Positions 13,040 to 25,959 of a stretch of 64,000 nucleotides of DNA are shown piece after piece (the first letter of the stretch is position 1; the number at the start of each line of letters is the position of its first letter). A program made the translations under genes and the position numbers. The notes below the pieces were generated by a model, which saw only the letters and a list, made by a program, of their open reading frames with translations, did no database searches and had not been told where the DNA came from. This stretch comes from Octopus sinensis. Taxonomy: Eukaryota. Location of the stretch: NCBI RefSeq assembly GCF_006345805.1, contig NC_042997.1:109616001-109680000 (forward strand). The letters are read 5' to 3'.

Positions 13040-13434
13040 GCGTAAGAATCCGACAGTCCCTATTTAAAAGTTTTGGTTTTCTTCTGGAGTTTTGTTTCGA
13101 CAAGGGGGTTTTTCCCTCTTGTTCAAAGGCTGTCATTACCTTCGAGACAATACTTCTTGATACACCAAACATTTTGGCTGTTTTCGTTATGCTAGCACCT
13201 GCCATACGAGCACCAACAATTTGACCTCTTTGAAAGTCCGATAGATCTATTATTTCAATGAATTTTAATTACCTTTTTCTGATGATATCTGAAAAGAAAC
13301 AGCAATTTGAGCAAAACATATTAAGCAACACTAATAATAAATCAAAAAACATAAAAATAAACAAAGTTGTGACGGTTTTATAGATATTTCAAAATTATGA
13401 TGCTAAGTGTTTCCATTATTTTGTCCAACCCCTA
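13040..13434 (-). mobile_element. Tc1-like transposon left end with transposase N-terminal HTH remnant
   Basis: Terminus ta-taggggttggacaaaataatggaaac; DLSDFQRGQIVGARMAGASITKTAKMFGVSRSIVSKV (paired-like HTH). Confidence 0.8.
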
Positions 13435-13453
13435 TATCTTTCTCTTTTCTCTT

Positions 13454-13853
13454 TTTACTTGTTTCAGTCATTTGACTGTGGCCATGCTGGAGCACTGCCT
13501 TTAGTCGAGCAAATCGACCCCGGGACTTATTCTTTGTAAGTCCAATACTTATTCTATCGGTCTCTTTTTTGCCGAACCGCTAAGTGACGGGGACGTAAGC
13601 ACACCAGCATCGGTTGTCAAGCAATGTTGGGGGGACAAACACAGACACACAAACATACACACACATACATACATATATATACATATATACGACAGGCTTC
13701 TTTCAGTTTCCGTCTACCAAATCCACTCACAAGGCATTGGTCGGCCCGAGGCTATAGCAGAAGACACTTGCCCAAGATGCCACGCAGTGGGACTGAACCC
13801 GGAACCATGTGGTTGGTTAGCAAGCTACTTACCACACAGCCACTCCTGCGCCT
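13454..13853 (-). mobile_element. Octopus OR2-like tRNA-derived SINE (other copies ~18300-18770-, 22491-22640+, 43138-43290+, 51640-51800-, 52760-53110-, 56647-56972+)
   Basis: Head ggcgcaggagtggctgtgtggtaag...ccgggttcagtccc (A/B boxes), accttgggcaagtgtctt core, internal microsatellite, tail cagcatggcc.cagtc.aatgactgaaacaag; multiple copies; the family name is from memory. Confidence 0.8.
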
Positions 13854-13949
13854 ATATATCAACCCTTTTATCAACCCTATTATCTCCCCTTATTTCGCTC
13901 TCGCGTCTCATGTTTGATCTTTGACCTCTGGCCGAAATCAGATCGCCAT

Positions 13950-14157
13950 GTTGATTCGTTAGCTACTGCACGCATTTTTTTTTCTCTCCTTCTTTCTGTG
14001 TTTTTCTCTCTCTGTGTATCTTTCTGTTGAAGAGCGTAGGCTCGAAACGTTAAAGACTTGTTTATTTATATTTCCTGAGCGCCATACTAATACAATTGTT
14101 CGTTTGTCTTCCACCTGCCTTCGTCTTTTGTTTATTTTCATAAAGCTTCCCGTTTTA
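13950..14157 (+). mobile_element. Short hammerhead-bearing element, family H2 (Penelope-like pLTR-derived); strand given for the ribozyme sense
   Basis: Homologous to 43885-44068 and 63607-63770; one end abuts (TA)n. Confidence 0.7.
14019..14056 (+). ncRNA. Minimal type I hammerhead ribozyme-like motif (core variant CUGUUGA)
   Basis: tcttt-CTGTTGA-a-GAGC-gtag-GCTC-GAAACGTT-aaaga: stem I UCUUU/AAAGA, stem II GAGC/GCUC, palindromic AACGUU in place of stem III. Confidence 0.6.
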
Positions 14158-14181
14158 TATATATATATCATATATATATAT

Positions 14182-14213
<32 letters not shown>

Positions 14214-14926
14214 ATATATATATATATCTATATATATATATAAATATATCTAATATATAAGATTATATATATATATAAATATATACATACATAAATATAT
14301 ATAATATATATATATATATGCATACATACATACATACACTTGATACGTGCAGACATCCATACTTACTGAGAATGAGAGAATCGGGGAAAATGCGATCGGG
14401 AGAGTATATAGCGATTATTTACCTAACCACTGAACAAAATGTCGTTTATTTTACGATAGAAAGCAACATGGAAGACGATAATGATATTAGTAATCAAGTT
14501 TTCGGATGAGAAAACGAAAGAAACACATCAAAAATACAGTTTGATGTTATGGAGTGTATTTTAGCTTTATTTTCTTTTGTTAGCAAGATAGAAATCTTTA
14601 AGTAGAGACGATTGACGTAAGTCAATAGTAGAAAGAAAATTCTATTGAATAGAAGTTCACTTCAGTTTTTTTCCCTAAAGATGGATTTGACAAAATGGCG
14701 GCGAAGGAGAAGGATCAATATTTGAATTGTAAAAATTTTCGTTTTAACTGCAAGAATAAATATGCGTGTGTGTGTGTGTGAGTATGTGTATGTGTTTATG
14801 CGTGTGCGTGTATGTGTGTGCATACTTATGCGCGCACATGTATATATGCTTATATATTAATATATATATATATATATATATATTCAGATATACACACATA
14901 TATCTATATCTGTATACACCACACAG

Positions 14927-14985
<59 letters not shown>

Positions 14986-15186
14986 TATATAACTACCAGA
15001 CGTTTATATATATATATATATTGTACAAGCATAGATATATGCAAACACATAGAAGAAGATAGGCCTACACACATAAATAAGCGCATATATATGCACGTTT
15101 CTGTAGATAGATGCTTACATATACATATACGTACATACACATGTGCACAGGTATACTTATATTTACTTATATTTACACTTACATAC

Positions 15187-15233
<47 letters not shown>

Positions 15234-15904
15234 TATATATATATATATATATATATTATACATATATATATATACATACATATATTATATATATATCCAT
15301 ACATATATATATATATACACTCATCCCACATATGTATATATATATATATATGTGGTGTGTGTGTTGTGTGTGTATATATATATGTATATATATATATAAT
15401 ATATATTATATATATATATATATATATTAAAGAATATGCACATGTATAGATATCTATGTGTGTATATATATGTGCATGTGTCATGTATGTATGCATATGT
15501 ATGTGAGTGTGTAAGCTTGTATCCGCCATATATGCGCGTGCAAGTCTGTTTGAAGGAGTGTTTCTCTCAGTATTTATCCAATTACGAAACCAGTGGTCAA
15601 TAGACCCTCGACTCTGGCGTTAAGTACGATACTTCTCAGATTCAAGAATTAAAATATAAAAGAGAAAAATGGAAAACAGAAAATACATGAATTGATATCT
15701 GAAGGAAAATAAAGAAACAAATGAATAACTGAAAAGAGAGAAAGGAAGAAATGAATAAAACAAATACGAAATACAAATATAAAATATCGGGAGACAAAAA
15801 TGGAATTCAATACAACTCCAAGATTCTTTCATTCAATCAGTTTGCAAGCGATGCTAAAATTCTACTTATCAAAATCAGGAGTACAGGGTTTCTAAATAGG
15901 ACTA

Positions 15905-16273
15905 TTTTTACCTCTGCCTTAGCAAAGGCGGAGGTATTGTTTTTCAGTCGTATTTGTTTGTCCGTAGACAAGATATCTCAAGAACCACCGGATGGATTTG
16001 GATGAAACTTTCAGGAATATTTGACCTCATGACTGGCACGAACTGATTAGATTTGGGGATCGATCCGGTACCGGACAAGGATTCTGAATTATTTTTCCAG
16101 TTTTTTTTTTACTTAATTCTTTTCAGAGCGGTCGGGTTCATTTTTAGTATTCTCGTTTGTGAGAGCAGTCTACCTTATTTCAGATATTCTCATTTTAAAA
16201 ACCATCTCTGGACAATCGTTGAGAGGATGTTGGTGTTGCCTTGGCGGACGTTTGCGCTCTCTGAGTGCTCTTG
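15905..16273 (+). mobile_element. Helentron-associated non-autonomous element (HINE/DINE-like)
   Basis: 5' subterminal palindrome acctctgcctt-agc-aaaggcggaggt, 3' ccttggcggacg followed by hairpin gcgctctctgagtgc, T-rich flanks, typical ggatttggatgaaactttcagga body. Confidence 0.6.
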
Positions 16274-17449
16274 TTTTTTTTTTTGTTTTTTTTGTCTTTT
16301 TTTTTTATTCCGAGGGCGAGTGTTATTTGAATTTAGAGTAACGTAACATTAGTACATGGTGTTGTAAGCTGCTATATATCGTTTCAGAATGTTTCGGATA
16401 GGGATGCACCGAAACATCCATAAAATAAGGCACTGAAATTTGGAGGAGGGAATTAATCGATTGTTGTCGACTGCTGTATTTGACTGGTACTTATTTTATC
16501 GACCTCTTAATGATGAAAGTTAAAGTTGTTCTCGATGAGATTTGAATTACAAAGTCGAAATACCGATACTGTAACGATTCTGCCAATCTACCGCCCTTAA
16601 ATGTAAAATAAGGGGAACTCTAAATTCAGGAGTCATGTTATTGGTCGCTTATGCAGTATACATATGTGCCCATGTTCCTCAAACGCTAATTGGAAAATCT
16701 ATGTAGGCATGTACGTACATATGTATATATGTACGTGTTTTTTGTTGACGTTGACGACCGTCCTTTATTTATCTGAGATATGGACCCTTTGAAAGCATCC
16801 TGTAAGTGTCCTCGATCGCTTCCATCAGCGATACCTCAAATATGTTCTGAATGTTGGCTGATCTTTGCGGAATCTAGACCGACAGGTCTTAAAGGGAACC
16901 GACCCCCTGAGCATTGGGAAGTTGGTACACCAGTACCGATTACCCTGGACTGGACACCTTGTTTGTATGAATGATCAGAAGGTCCCTCCCTAAACGTGTG
17001 CGTACATGCGTACGTGCATGCGTGTGTGCATGCGTGCGTGCATATGTGCGTGCGTGTGTGTGCCAACATGTAGAGGCAAAAACATAAATGAGAAAGGAAA
17101 GCGGTGGTAGTTTGGTTTGAATGCTTCTCCTAGAGTGATTCCCGTCGGAGACAATCATTGACCTTCTGCGGATGGAAGGTGATTAATTGAAACAGTTATA
17201 TATCCTAAATACAGAGCCATGAATACAGGCCAACCTGAGAAGAATTTTGGCCAAATTTTCATCTGCTATGCAGGTATTAAGAAAATACAAGACTTCAAGA
17301 CTCGCGATAACGTATGAAACCCAGACCTACAGGCTTCCGGAATGAACACGTTTCCTGTCTTTTCGCATCCTTCATGGTATTACAAAATGTCCATTAATGT
17401 AAACTGGACTGTCTCAATTACTAGTACCCTATCTCTCAGTACCAGTTCT

Positions 17450-17612
17450 CCAGTTCTATATTTACGAGATGAGGAATTATGTACATTATTTACATTATAA
17501 ATTTCCGCAAGACACCTGATGAAGGCTGGAGGGTTTATCAGCCGAAACGTTAACAACAAACAAGATGAGGGCAAGTATCCGTCAAATGTAAATAATGTAC
17601 AATTCCCCAGTT
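17450..17612 (+). mobile_element. Hammerhead-bearing element family H1, internally deleted inverted arrangement
   Basis: gacac-CTGATGA-a-GGCTG-gagggtttat-CAGCC-GAAACGTT at 17511-17551 (3' strand of stem I missing). The left part, cagttctatattt.cgagatgaggaattatgtacattatttacatt, is the reverse complement of the family end. Homologous to 56041-56308. Confidence 0.75.
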
Positions 17613-18524
17613 CTAATACTACAAACTCTCTATAAAGACGTAGTTAAATTGCGGGGCAATTTATGGGTTACATTTTTTGTTGTGAAGGGTCATAGTGCCA
17701 ATTATAAACACATGTACTGGTTGGTTCTATTTCACTTCTTTTTTCACTCCTAATCAACTAGTTAATCATTTTGCTTATTAACTAATCCCTTGCTTGATTA
17801 TTTAACTCAAGATTCCACATCGAGGGCCCTGCAAGCTAAATATAAAAACTAAATTATGGGGTACTTTATTCTGATTTATCTCCAATTTAAAATATGGAAT
17901 CTAGATTTTGGAATTGAACCTCTTTCAATTCCCTTTCCCATGAAATAATTTCATATTCTCTGAGAATTCTCTAGCGTTTTTCGGGGGACTCTTTTTACAA
18001 GAAAGGAATCTTATTTCTTTCAAATTTTCAAAATTTCTTAACTGTTTTATTATTTATTTAGTATACATTTTAATTATTTATTTATTTATTCTTTTTGCCG
18101 CTGCAGACTTTCTTTTTCTTCAGGTTCTAGTGCTCCACCCATTTTTTAAAAAATAAATCTAATAAAATTACTAGATTATTTCTGTTTAAAAGTTTGAGTT
18201 TGAAATTGGACAATTAAACCACATGTAAACTGATAATCAAATATTAGATTAAATTAAAATTAGAAATTCTTTAACAAGATCAAATATATTTTATTTTTGT
18301 TTACTCTCGTTTCAGTCATTGGATAGCGGCCATTCTGGGGAACAGCTTTAAAGGCTTTATTCGAACAAATCGACTTCAATAGTTATTTATTTTTTATATT
18401 TTGCACATTCGGGTCAGTATCTTTCGCTGAAACGTTAAGTTATGGCAGCGCAAGCAATCCAACAACTTTTGACAAGTGATTGGGGACAAACACAAACACA
18501 TACAAACATATGTATGTATACACA

Positions 18525-18562
<38 letters not shown>

Positions 18563-18623
18563 AGCATATATATACGCACACATATATATACATACATATA
18601 TGTATATATATATATAATATATA

Positions 18624-18679
<56 letters not shown>

Positions 18680-19149
18680 ATACACATAAATCTATATGTG
18701 CATATACATACATATGACGGGTTTCCACTCCGTTTCTGCCTTCCAAATTCACTCACAGGGTATTAAATGGACCCCGAAGCTGTCATTGGCTTTTAATATC
18801 TGAAACGCTTTTGTTATGTATAGCCTAGAATTATGAAAACCATTTGACGTATGGATTTATCCTCAAAGCTCTGTGCTATTGAAGTACTTTCCGATCAATA
18901 AACCAGAAGACTTGCCAGAATTTCCAGAAGAAATGGAAGAAATATGTGAAATATTCTATGTCATTTGATCTGAATGAATATACTTGCGGATAGTGAAGGC
19001 TTCTTGATGTGTTCGGGATAAGACCAATTAAATTTCTTTCAATACAGTCCAGAAAGGAAGTATCCGCTGTGTAGAAAGAAAAATGGGGTTTTTTTCTGCT
19101 AAATATCAGCTTTTGGAGTAGTGAGGGATTCTTCGATATATGAGGTTAT

Positions 19150-19420
19150 CCAGGCAGGAATCACTGATCTGGCAACTCATTTACATTAGCACTACTGGTA
19201 ACATAGAATCCAGTCTGGTCGGGTCGTCGGCGACTAAACCGGCACCTCTACTGGGCTTGCCTGGTAAGGAGGAGTGCTAGAATCCCAGCAGGACTAAAAA
19301 CAAGACCTGTCAAATGAAGAGATGAACTCAATGTAGGTTCAACGATTATCTAGCAGTAGCACGGGCCCTCAAAAATTCCTGGCTGGTGTCCGGAGTGCCA
19401 GAAGACATTGGAGGAGAAGC
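19150..19420 (+). mobile_element. Probable 5' UTR/ORF-start remnant of a non-LTR retrotransposon
   Basis: GC-richer block ggcgactaaaccggcacctc..ggcttgcctgg..aggactaaaaacaagacctgtcaaa resembles LINE 5' leaders as recalled from memory; no protein motif confirmed. Confidence 0.3.
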
Positions 19421-20283
19421 ATCTATTAGCTTTTGTTAAAGCATGTCTCTAGAACCTACTTGAAACCCAGGTTGCTTCTGCTCCGATAATCGGTGGTGAG
19501 TTGCTCAGTAAATTCCCTCCAACGATCGACAATCGACGGTGAGATGAGCTGCTTTGGACCACGCAATCTCAAAGTATATCTGCATGCGACTGGGGGACAC
19601 ATGGGAACTTTATTCCCACTGAAGTTCCGAAAATGAATTCTACGCTTCAAAGATAAATGACGACTGCGGCTACGGCATTCATATTGTCCAACCGGCCCAC
19701 GTTGGGGCTGCACGCAGAAGCCTTACTTTTCCTGCTATCCATTACAGCCACGACTGCGGCCGACCAGAAGGCCGTAGTAAACTAGTCGGTCGGAGCCGGC
19801 GCAACCCATCTCGGGTGAATGCCGCCGCAAGTGTAAGTAGTACTGACCTTAATGTTATGACGGTTGAAGTGCTTGTTATGATTGGAAATTAAAATTTTCT
19901 GGTTATATTAATAGAAACATGAAGATGATTGATGGTTTGAATTAAGTTACCGTTAGCTTCCTCTTCATGCGTATACGTTACAGGAGATCATTTTTAGCTT
20001 CTTTGTCAGCCAATAATCTTCGGCTTAGCCTGCAGGCTGCGGACACATTCTTTCATCTATGTACCAAATCCTACCTGAACGAGAGCAAGTGTACTTTGCA
20101 CAGTGAAACTGTGTAACAACGGTTTGAAATAGCAACTGGTTCTTCATACTCAAACACAAATGCACACACACAAACACACATACATGTATGAGCGTTTGCA
20201 TGTGTGTATTTATGTATCTAGGTCAGTATCGTAACTACATATATACATACACCCATACATCGCAGGTATATGTATATATATGC

Positions 20284-20378
<95 letters not shown>

Positions 20379-20528
20379 TGTATGTATGTATGTATATGTC
20401 TGGAAGCACTATTCTGGGTCAACATGCTAAACATATACCTCACTGCTTGATTCTTTATTATTTCTTCAATGAAGAATTCAATCGATTCTAGTAAAGATAT
20501 CAATGTCGATATTGCCTTAACATGGAGC

Positions 20529-20559
<31 letters not shown>

Positions 20560-21222
20560 GAGTGAAAGAAGGAGAATTAAAAAGAGATAGAAATAGGGCG
20601 GGGAGGCAGAGAGGGAGAGAAAATATGTGTGAAGGTACGAAATGACATTCGTGCATGGCTGTTGTTGTTGTTGGTTTGTGTTGTTGCCACAGTAACACAC
20701 GATTAATATTAAAGTCTGTTGTACTTTCATCGAAATAGAGAGATTGTTTCAGTTTACAGCAGTTCACAGACGAATGTAGCATGTTGTGGTTCATGGATGA
20801 ATTGACAGACGAAAGATGTGTGCCAACATTTACGGACGAGTGAATCTATAGACATGCACACACACACACACAAACATATATATAATATATGTAAGGTGAT
20901 ATATATATATATATTATATATATACATATATACATTTGCGTAAATATATATATATATATATACATTTACGTAAATATATATATACATACACAAACACACA
21001 CAGATGTACATATGTGTGTGGTGATATTTACACATGCATATATGGATACATCAACATCATACATACTACAACTGAAATAATCTTCACAAACTGTTACCTA
21101 AAGTTTAAGGCTGACCATTTTTCAAACATTCAAAGACTATGTTCCCCACCTCACTTTGCATTTATGTGCTTATGCATAAACACACACACACACACACACA
21201 CACACACCACACACACACACAC

Positions 21223-21268
<46 letters not shown>

Positions 21269-21935
21269 ATACATAGACATAGGTCCATTGTATGTGTATG
21301 TGTAAGGATGCGTATATATATAATACATATACACATATACACAGATTATATATATATATTTACACACACGCATTTATATGTGTATATATATACATATATA
21401 TTAAATGTGTGTATCTATGAATGTGTATTTTTGTGTGAGTTATACATACTTAGACGTACAAATACACACACGCATACACACGCGCACGCACACATACACA
21501 CATGTATTTATGAAATGAGGAGGTTAAGTGTGGCTGGTTATTGAAAAATAGACAAATTAAATGTAAACGGAAAAGATCGGGGGAAAAGATAAAAAGATAA
21601 CGAAAAAAATGTATAAATATAAATAAACAAAATACATACTTATACACCACTTCATAAACACACATACACATGGACAGAGACACACAGATCCATAAGCATA
21701 AATACATACATGTGTATACACACACAGACACATGCATATATATATATATATAATATGTATGCATATATACATACATATATATATCGGTTCGTATGTATAA
21801 AATAATAGATACACGTAGATTGATTTATTGAGAATTACATACAGACAGACTCAGATAAGCACGCACGCGCACACACACACACACACACAAACACACAACA
21901 TGCATGCACCTATATATGCATATGTGTATATATGT

Positions 21936-21979
<44 letters not shown>

Positions 21980-21992
21980 TATATATATACAC

Positions 21993-22025
<33 letters not shown>

Positions 22026-22636
22026 ATATAATATGTGTAAATAAATATTATATACATATACATTAATATATATATATATGTAATATACATATATATGTGT
22101 GAATAAATATTATATGCATATATATATATGTATACATGCCAACAAAGAAGGAGAGAAAGTGAGAGAAAGGAAGAAAAAGGGAGAGAGAGCGAGAGGGGGG
22201 GAATTGATTCTTTCCTAAGTCAATGCACTTAAAAACAATAAACATGGAGTAAATACAAAATCGACACGTCACAATGAGTATTGAGTACTTTATTCGGTGC
22301 ATGTTTAGTGTACTTAAGTACACAGACGTATAAACAAGTAATTATTTAATCTCCTGTTAGGGAATCGATATTCACAACATTGATCAAATTTCGTGTTGAT
22401 TGCTTCCACACTGCGTCTCGTCTCTTTACCAATTGGTTGCTTTAGTAAAATAATATTCCATTTTACCAAACACTGGAGAAGAGAATATTGGCAGGCGTGG
22501 CTGTGTAGTGACAAGTTGGCTTCCCAATCAGATGTTTCCGGGTTCAGCCCCGCTGCGTGACACCTTAGGCAAGTGTCTTCTCCTGGAGCTTCAGACTTGT
22601 CAGTGGATTTACTCGAAAGAAACTGAAAGAAGCCCG

Positions 22637-22895
22637 TTGTATGGTACTTGAAAAAGTTGATGAGAAGTAAGTGTTTGTCTCGAGTCCACCACACACAAGT
22701 AATGCTTCTCCATAGCACTGCCAGTCCAAGGATCTTTGGTGATTGTCCATAGGTACCGGCCTGATAGTTGTCCTGAACAGGCGGGTCAGGTGTTCCTCGT
22801 CGATGCCCAGATTTGGCCCGAGAACGTCGCCGCACCTCCTCTCTACTAATCCTTTACAGAACGCCTTTGTTGTAATGAAGTCGCGCAAGTTTTTC
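22637..22895 (-). mobile_element. Internally deleted Tx1-family ORF2 C-terminal fragment
   Basis: DFITTKAFCKGLVERR..NLGIDEEHLTRLFRTT..MDNHQRSLDWQCYGEAL aligns with 27700-27890, then jumps to the WWTR..LINFFKYH segment (27360-27430). Confidence 0.85.
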
Positions 22896-22899
22896 ACCA

Positions 22900-23260
22900 A
22901 TGCTCGCAATCACTGTAGGAATGTCATTTGTGATATTAAATCAAACTACGAGCGGCACATTCATGATCGTATATCATCGCAGAATGTAAGCTTTTGTGAC
23001 TTCTGTAGAATTATTAAAAGTGTTAAAGGTAACAATAATGCTTCTATTCCTCTTGTATTCAACGGACCTGAGGATAAAGCAGAGCTCTTTGCTCAACTGT
23101 TTAGTTCTCACTCTATTCTCAATGCCTCTGGTCATTCACTTCCTACGTTTAACAGATATTTGTGAACTTACCTTCACTTTCAAGACTTTCTTGGCTGTTG
23201 TTTAGAAATTTTCCCGGAAATATTGCTGTTATTTAAGCTTATTCTTTTCCCAGTCTTATC
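22900..23260 (+). mobile_element. CR1/Jockey-group LINE fragment (APE-RT linker)
   Basis: ARNHCRNVICDIKSNY..ISSQNVSFCDFCRIIKSV..SIPLVFNGPEDKAELFAQLFSSHS, the typical linker with the KAELFA..FS motif. Confidence 0.65.
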
Positions 23261-24619
23261 TTCGTTGTACACACGAGATCTATTGCTGCATGTTCTTCTT
23301 TGCAGTCTCAGGTTTAATGAAGATACATGAGAAACAACAGTAATGATACATGAGAAACAACAGGCATTAGAGAGCATAAACGAACCGGAGATTGTTTGCT
23401 TCTGTCATTTGAACTTTTACAGCCATTTTTTTTCACGTAGCACCAAGGTTTTAAAAGATTAGAATGTTGTGATGCCTGGAAGCTTCCTGCCTTGGATCAC
23501 ATTCAAAAATGTTGTTTAGAAATAAACGTACATCTATTTGATATGATTTTCTTCAAGTTCTGGCTTTCCAGTTTCCTCTCACTAACAAAGAGAGGGTTCG
23601 TCCCCAATCCGAAAACGATGTTCTTTCAGTGGCCTTTAAACAACATCATCTGTGTAAGCCATGTATACCTGTATCAGTGTCTGTGAGGATTAGTTTTATA
23701 AGAAGAAAAATACCCGTTTCCTATCAGCTTTGACATTTATACTCTTTAGCAGAAATTAACGTCATCTCAAGTTTGAATTGTTAACGACTACACGTTGAAA
23801 TTTCGGCTTCGGTTTCAGAACAACTATTTTCGCTAATTTTTATAATTTTTGCTTTAATTTTGGCAATTTCCGCGAGCTTTTGCTAATTATAAATATTTTC
23901 CGCCAATTTTGTTTTCGAGAATTTTATCTCAATTCCTTGGCGCCTTTTTTTTTTTTAATATCCAGGTAGCATTAAACGAGTTAGAAAACAGGATTCTGTA
24001 CTTTGGTCGTTTTTATTGCTATTTAATCCATTACTGCCTGGCTTTAAGTTTTAAATCGTCGTAATCTCTAACCCAAATACACCAGGTGACCAATACTGTT
24101 CTCTCTTTTAATTGAGAAGTTTCCCATTAACGACGAAATTATGAGGAGTTGGTACAGGTGCCGTAATTAGCATTAATTTGATTACGATGTCATCATACAT
24201 AACATCTGAAATTTAAGTTCAAATGGAGTCCAAGTTGACTTTAATATCGTCTTGCAGCTGATGGGAAAAGTCAGTAAATCAGTTTTGCAGACAAAGGCAA
24301 TCTACTAATCATTTAATTAACGAGAGTTCGTTGTGAGATTCATGCCTTCACCAACGAGGCTTTAGTGAAGTTATTCAGGAAACCGCTGATTTATGGCACC
24401 ATTAAAAAGGCAGGAAGAAATAAGTGCTTGTAATACAACAGAATCCCCAGGGTCCTATCTATTTGTTCCTTCACATATTCAGTTGAAATATTGTAAGGGA
24501 AGTCAACGTATTCCCATATCTTTCGGCTCAGATCAACAACACGTCTCATTTTGTTTCAAATAATATTCTATAGACCTAGACGTAAGCTATTTATAAACCA
24601 TCAGATTGTTTGTATTCAC

Positions 24620-24651
<32 letters not shown>

Positions 24652-25516
24652 TGTATGTATGTATGTATGTATGTATGTATGTATGTATGTATGTATGTAT
24701 GTATGTATGTATGTATGTATGTATGTCAAAGGGCAGAAGAGCTAACAGCCATCCAACAATATATGTACATGTGTATGTATGCATGTATGTATGCGCTTGA
24801 AAAATATACTAAGACCTATCAGAAAGATGACTAGTCGTAGGCTTTGCATATGTGGGACTTTCGATCAGGCGATGGCAAGACTCGAACACGAGTTTGCATG
24901 TATGCAGGTATGTATGTATGTATGTTTGTATGCATGCATATATGTGCAGATTTGTATGCTTTGTCTTATGTATGTATTCTCATGCATATAGTTGCATATC
25001 TAGACATGTCCATATATATTTAAATGATAAACTTCTGGAAAGTTTTACAGATTTTTATAGTTCCAGTGATGGATTGAATCTGTATTAGCTTTCTCTTTTC
25101 TAGTTTTGAGGAACCTAATTTCTCAAGATTGGTATTTAGGCAGTGTGTTACATTGCTCAGGGCTCCAATAATTACATGTATAAACCTGAACTTGTAATTT
25201 GAATAGAGTAACTGCAGATTTCTCAATAGTTATGAATGTATGTACGTATGTATGTATGTATGTATGTATGCGTGCATGCATGCGTGTATGTACATGTTAT
25301 GTGTATAAATATGTATTTTAATAAGATTGCCGATTAAAGGGTTTAAATGCCTTTTTCTGTTATATAACAACTAAACTTAAGATTTCTTAGTTTATTTGTT
25401 TGATTGTTGCGGATACAAGCCACTTCATGCATTTTCTAAGGTTGGTGAAGCAGGATGAAATGAAAAATGAAGTGCATAGCAGCTATATGTTATATAAACA
25501 GAATGGAGAGAGAGGT

Positions 25517-25563
25517 AAATAGATAGATAGATAGATAGATAGAAGATAGATAGATAGATAGAC

Positions 25564-25614
<51 letters not shown>

Positions 25615-25683
25615 TAGACAGACAGACAGATAGATGGATAGAAAGATAGAGAAAGATAGATAGATATATAGATAGATAGATAA

Positions 25684-25755
<72 letters not shown>

Positions 25756-25787
25756 GCAGACAGACAGATAGATGGATAGAAAGATAG

Positions 25788-25882
<95 letters not shown>

Positions 25883-25903
25883 TAGATGGATAGAAAGATA
25901 AAA

Positions 25904-25959
<56 letters not shown>
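25517..25959. repeat. Compound (GATA)n/(GACA)n array with ~130 bp higher-order periodicity
   Basis: Marker gatggatagaaagata recurs at ~25632, ~25770 and ~25884. Confidence 0.9.

Noticed and set aside
19150-19310. HDV-like ribozyme (ccgg-cacctcta-ctgg, gcttgcc, gg, gactaa)
   Set aside because: P3/L3 and a partial P1 can be drawn, but no P2 pairing was found; needs a family consensus
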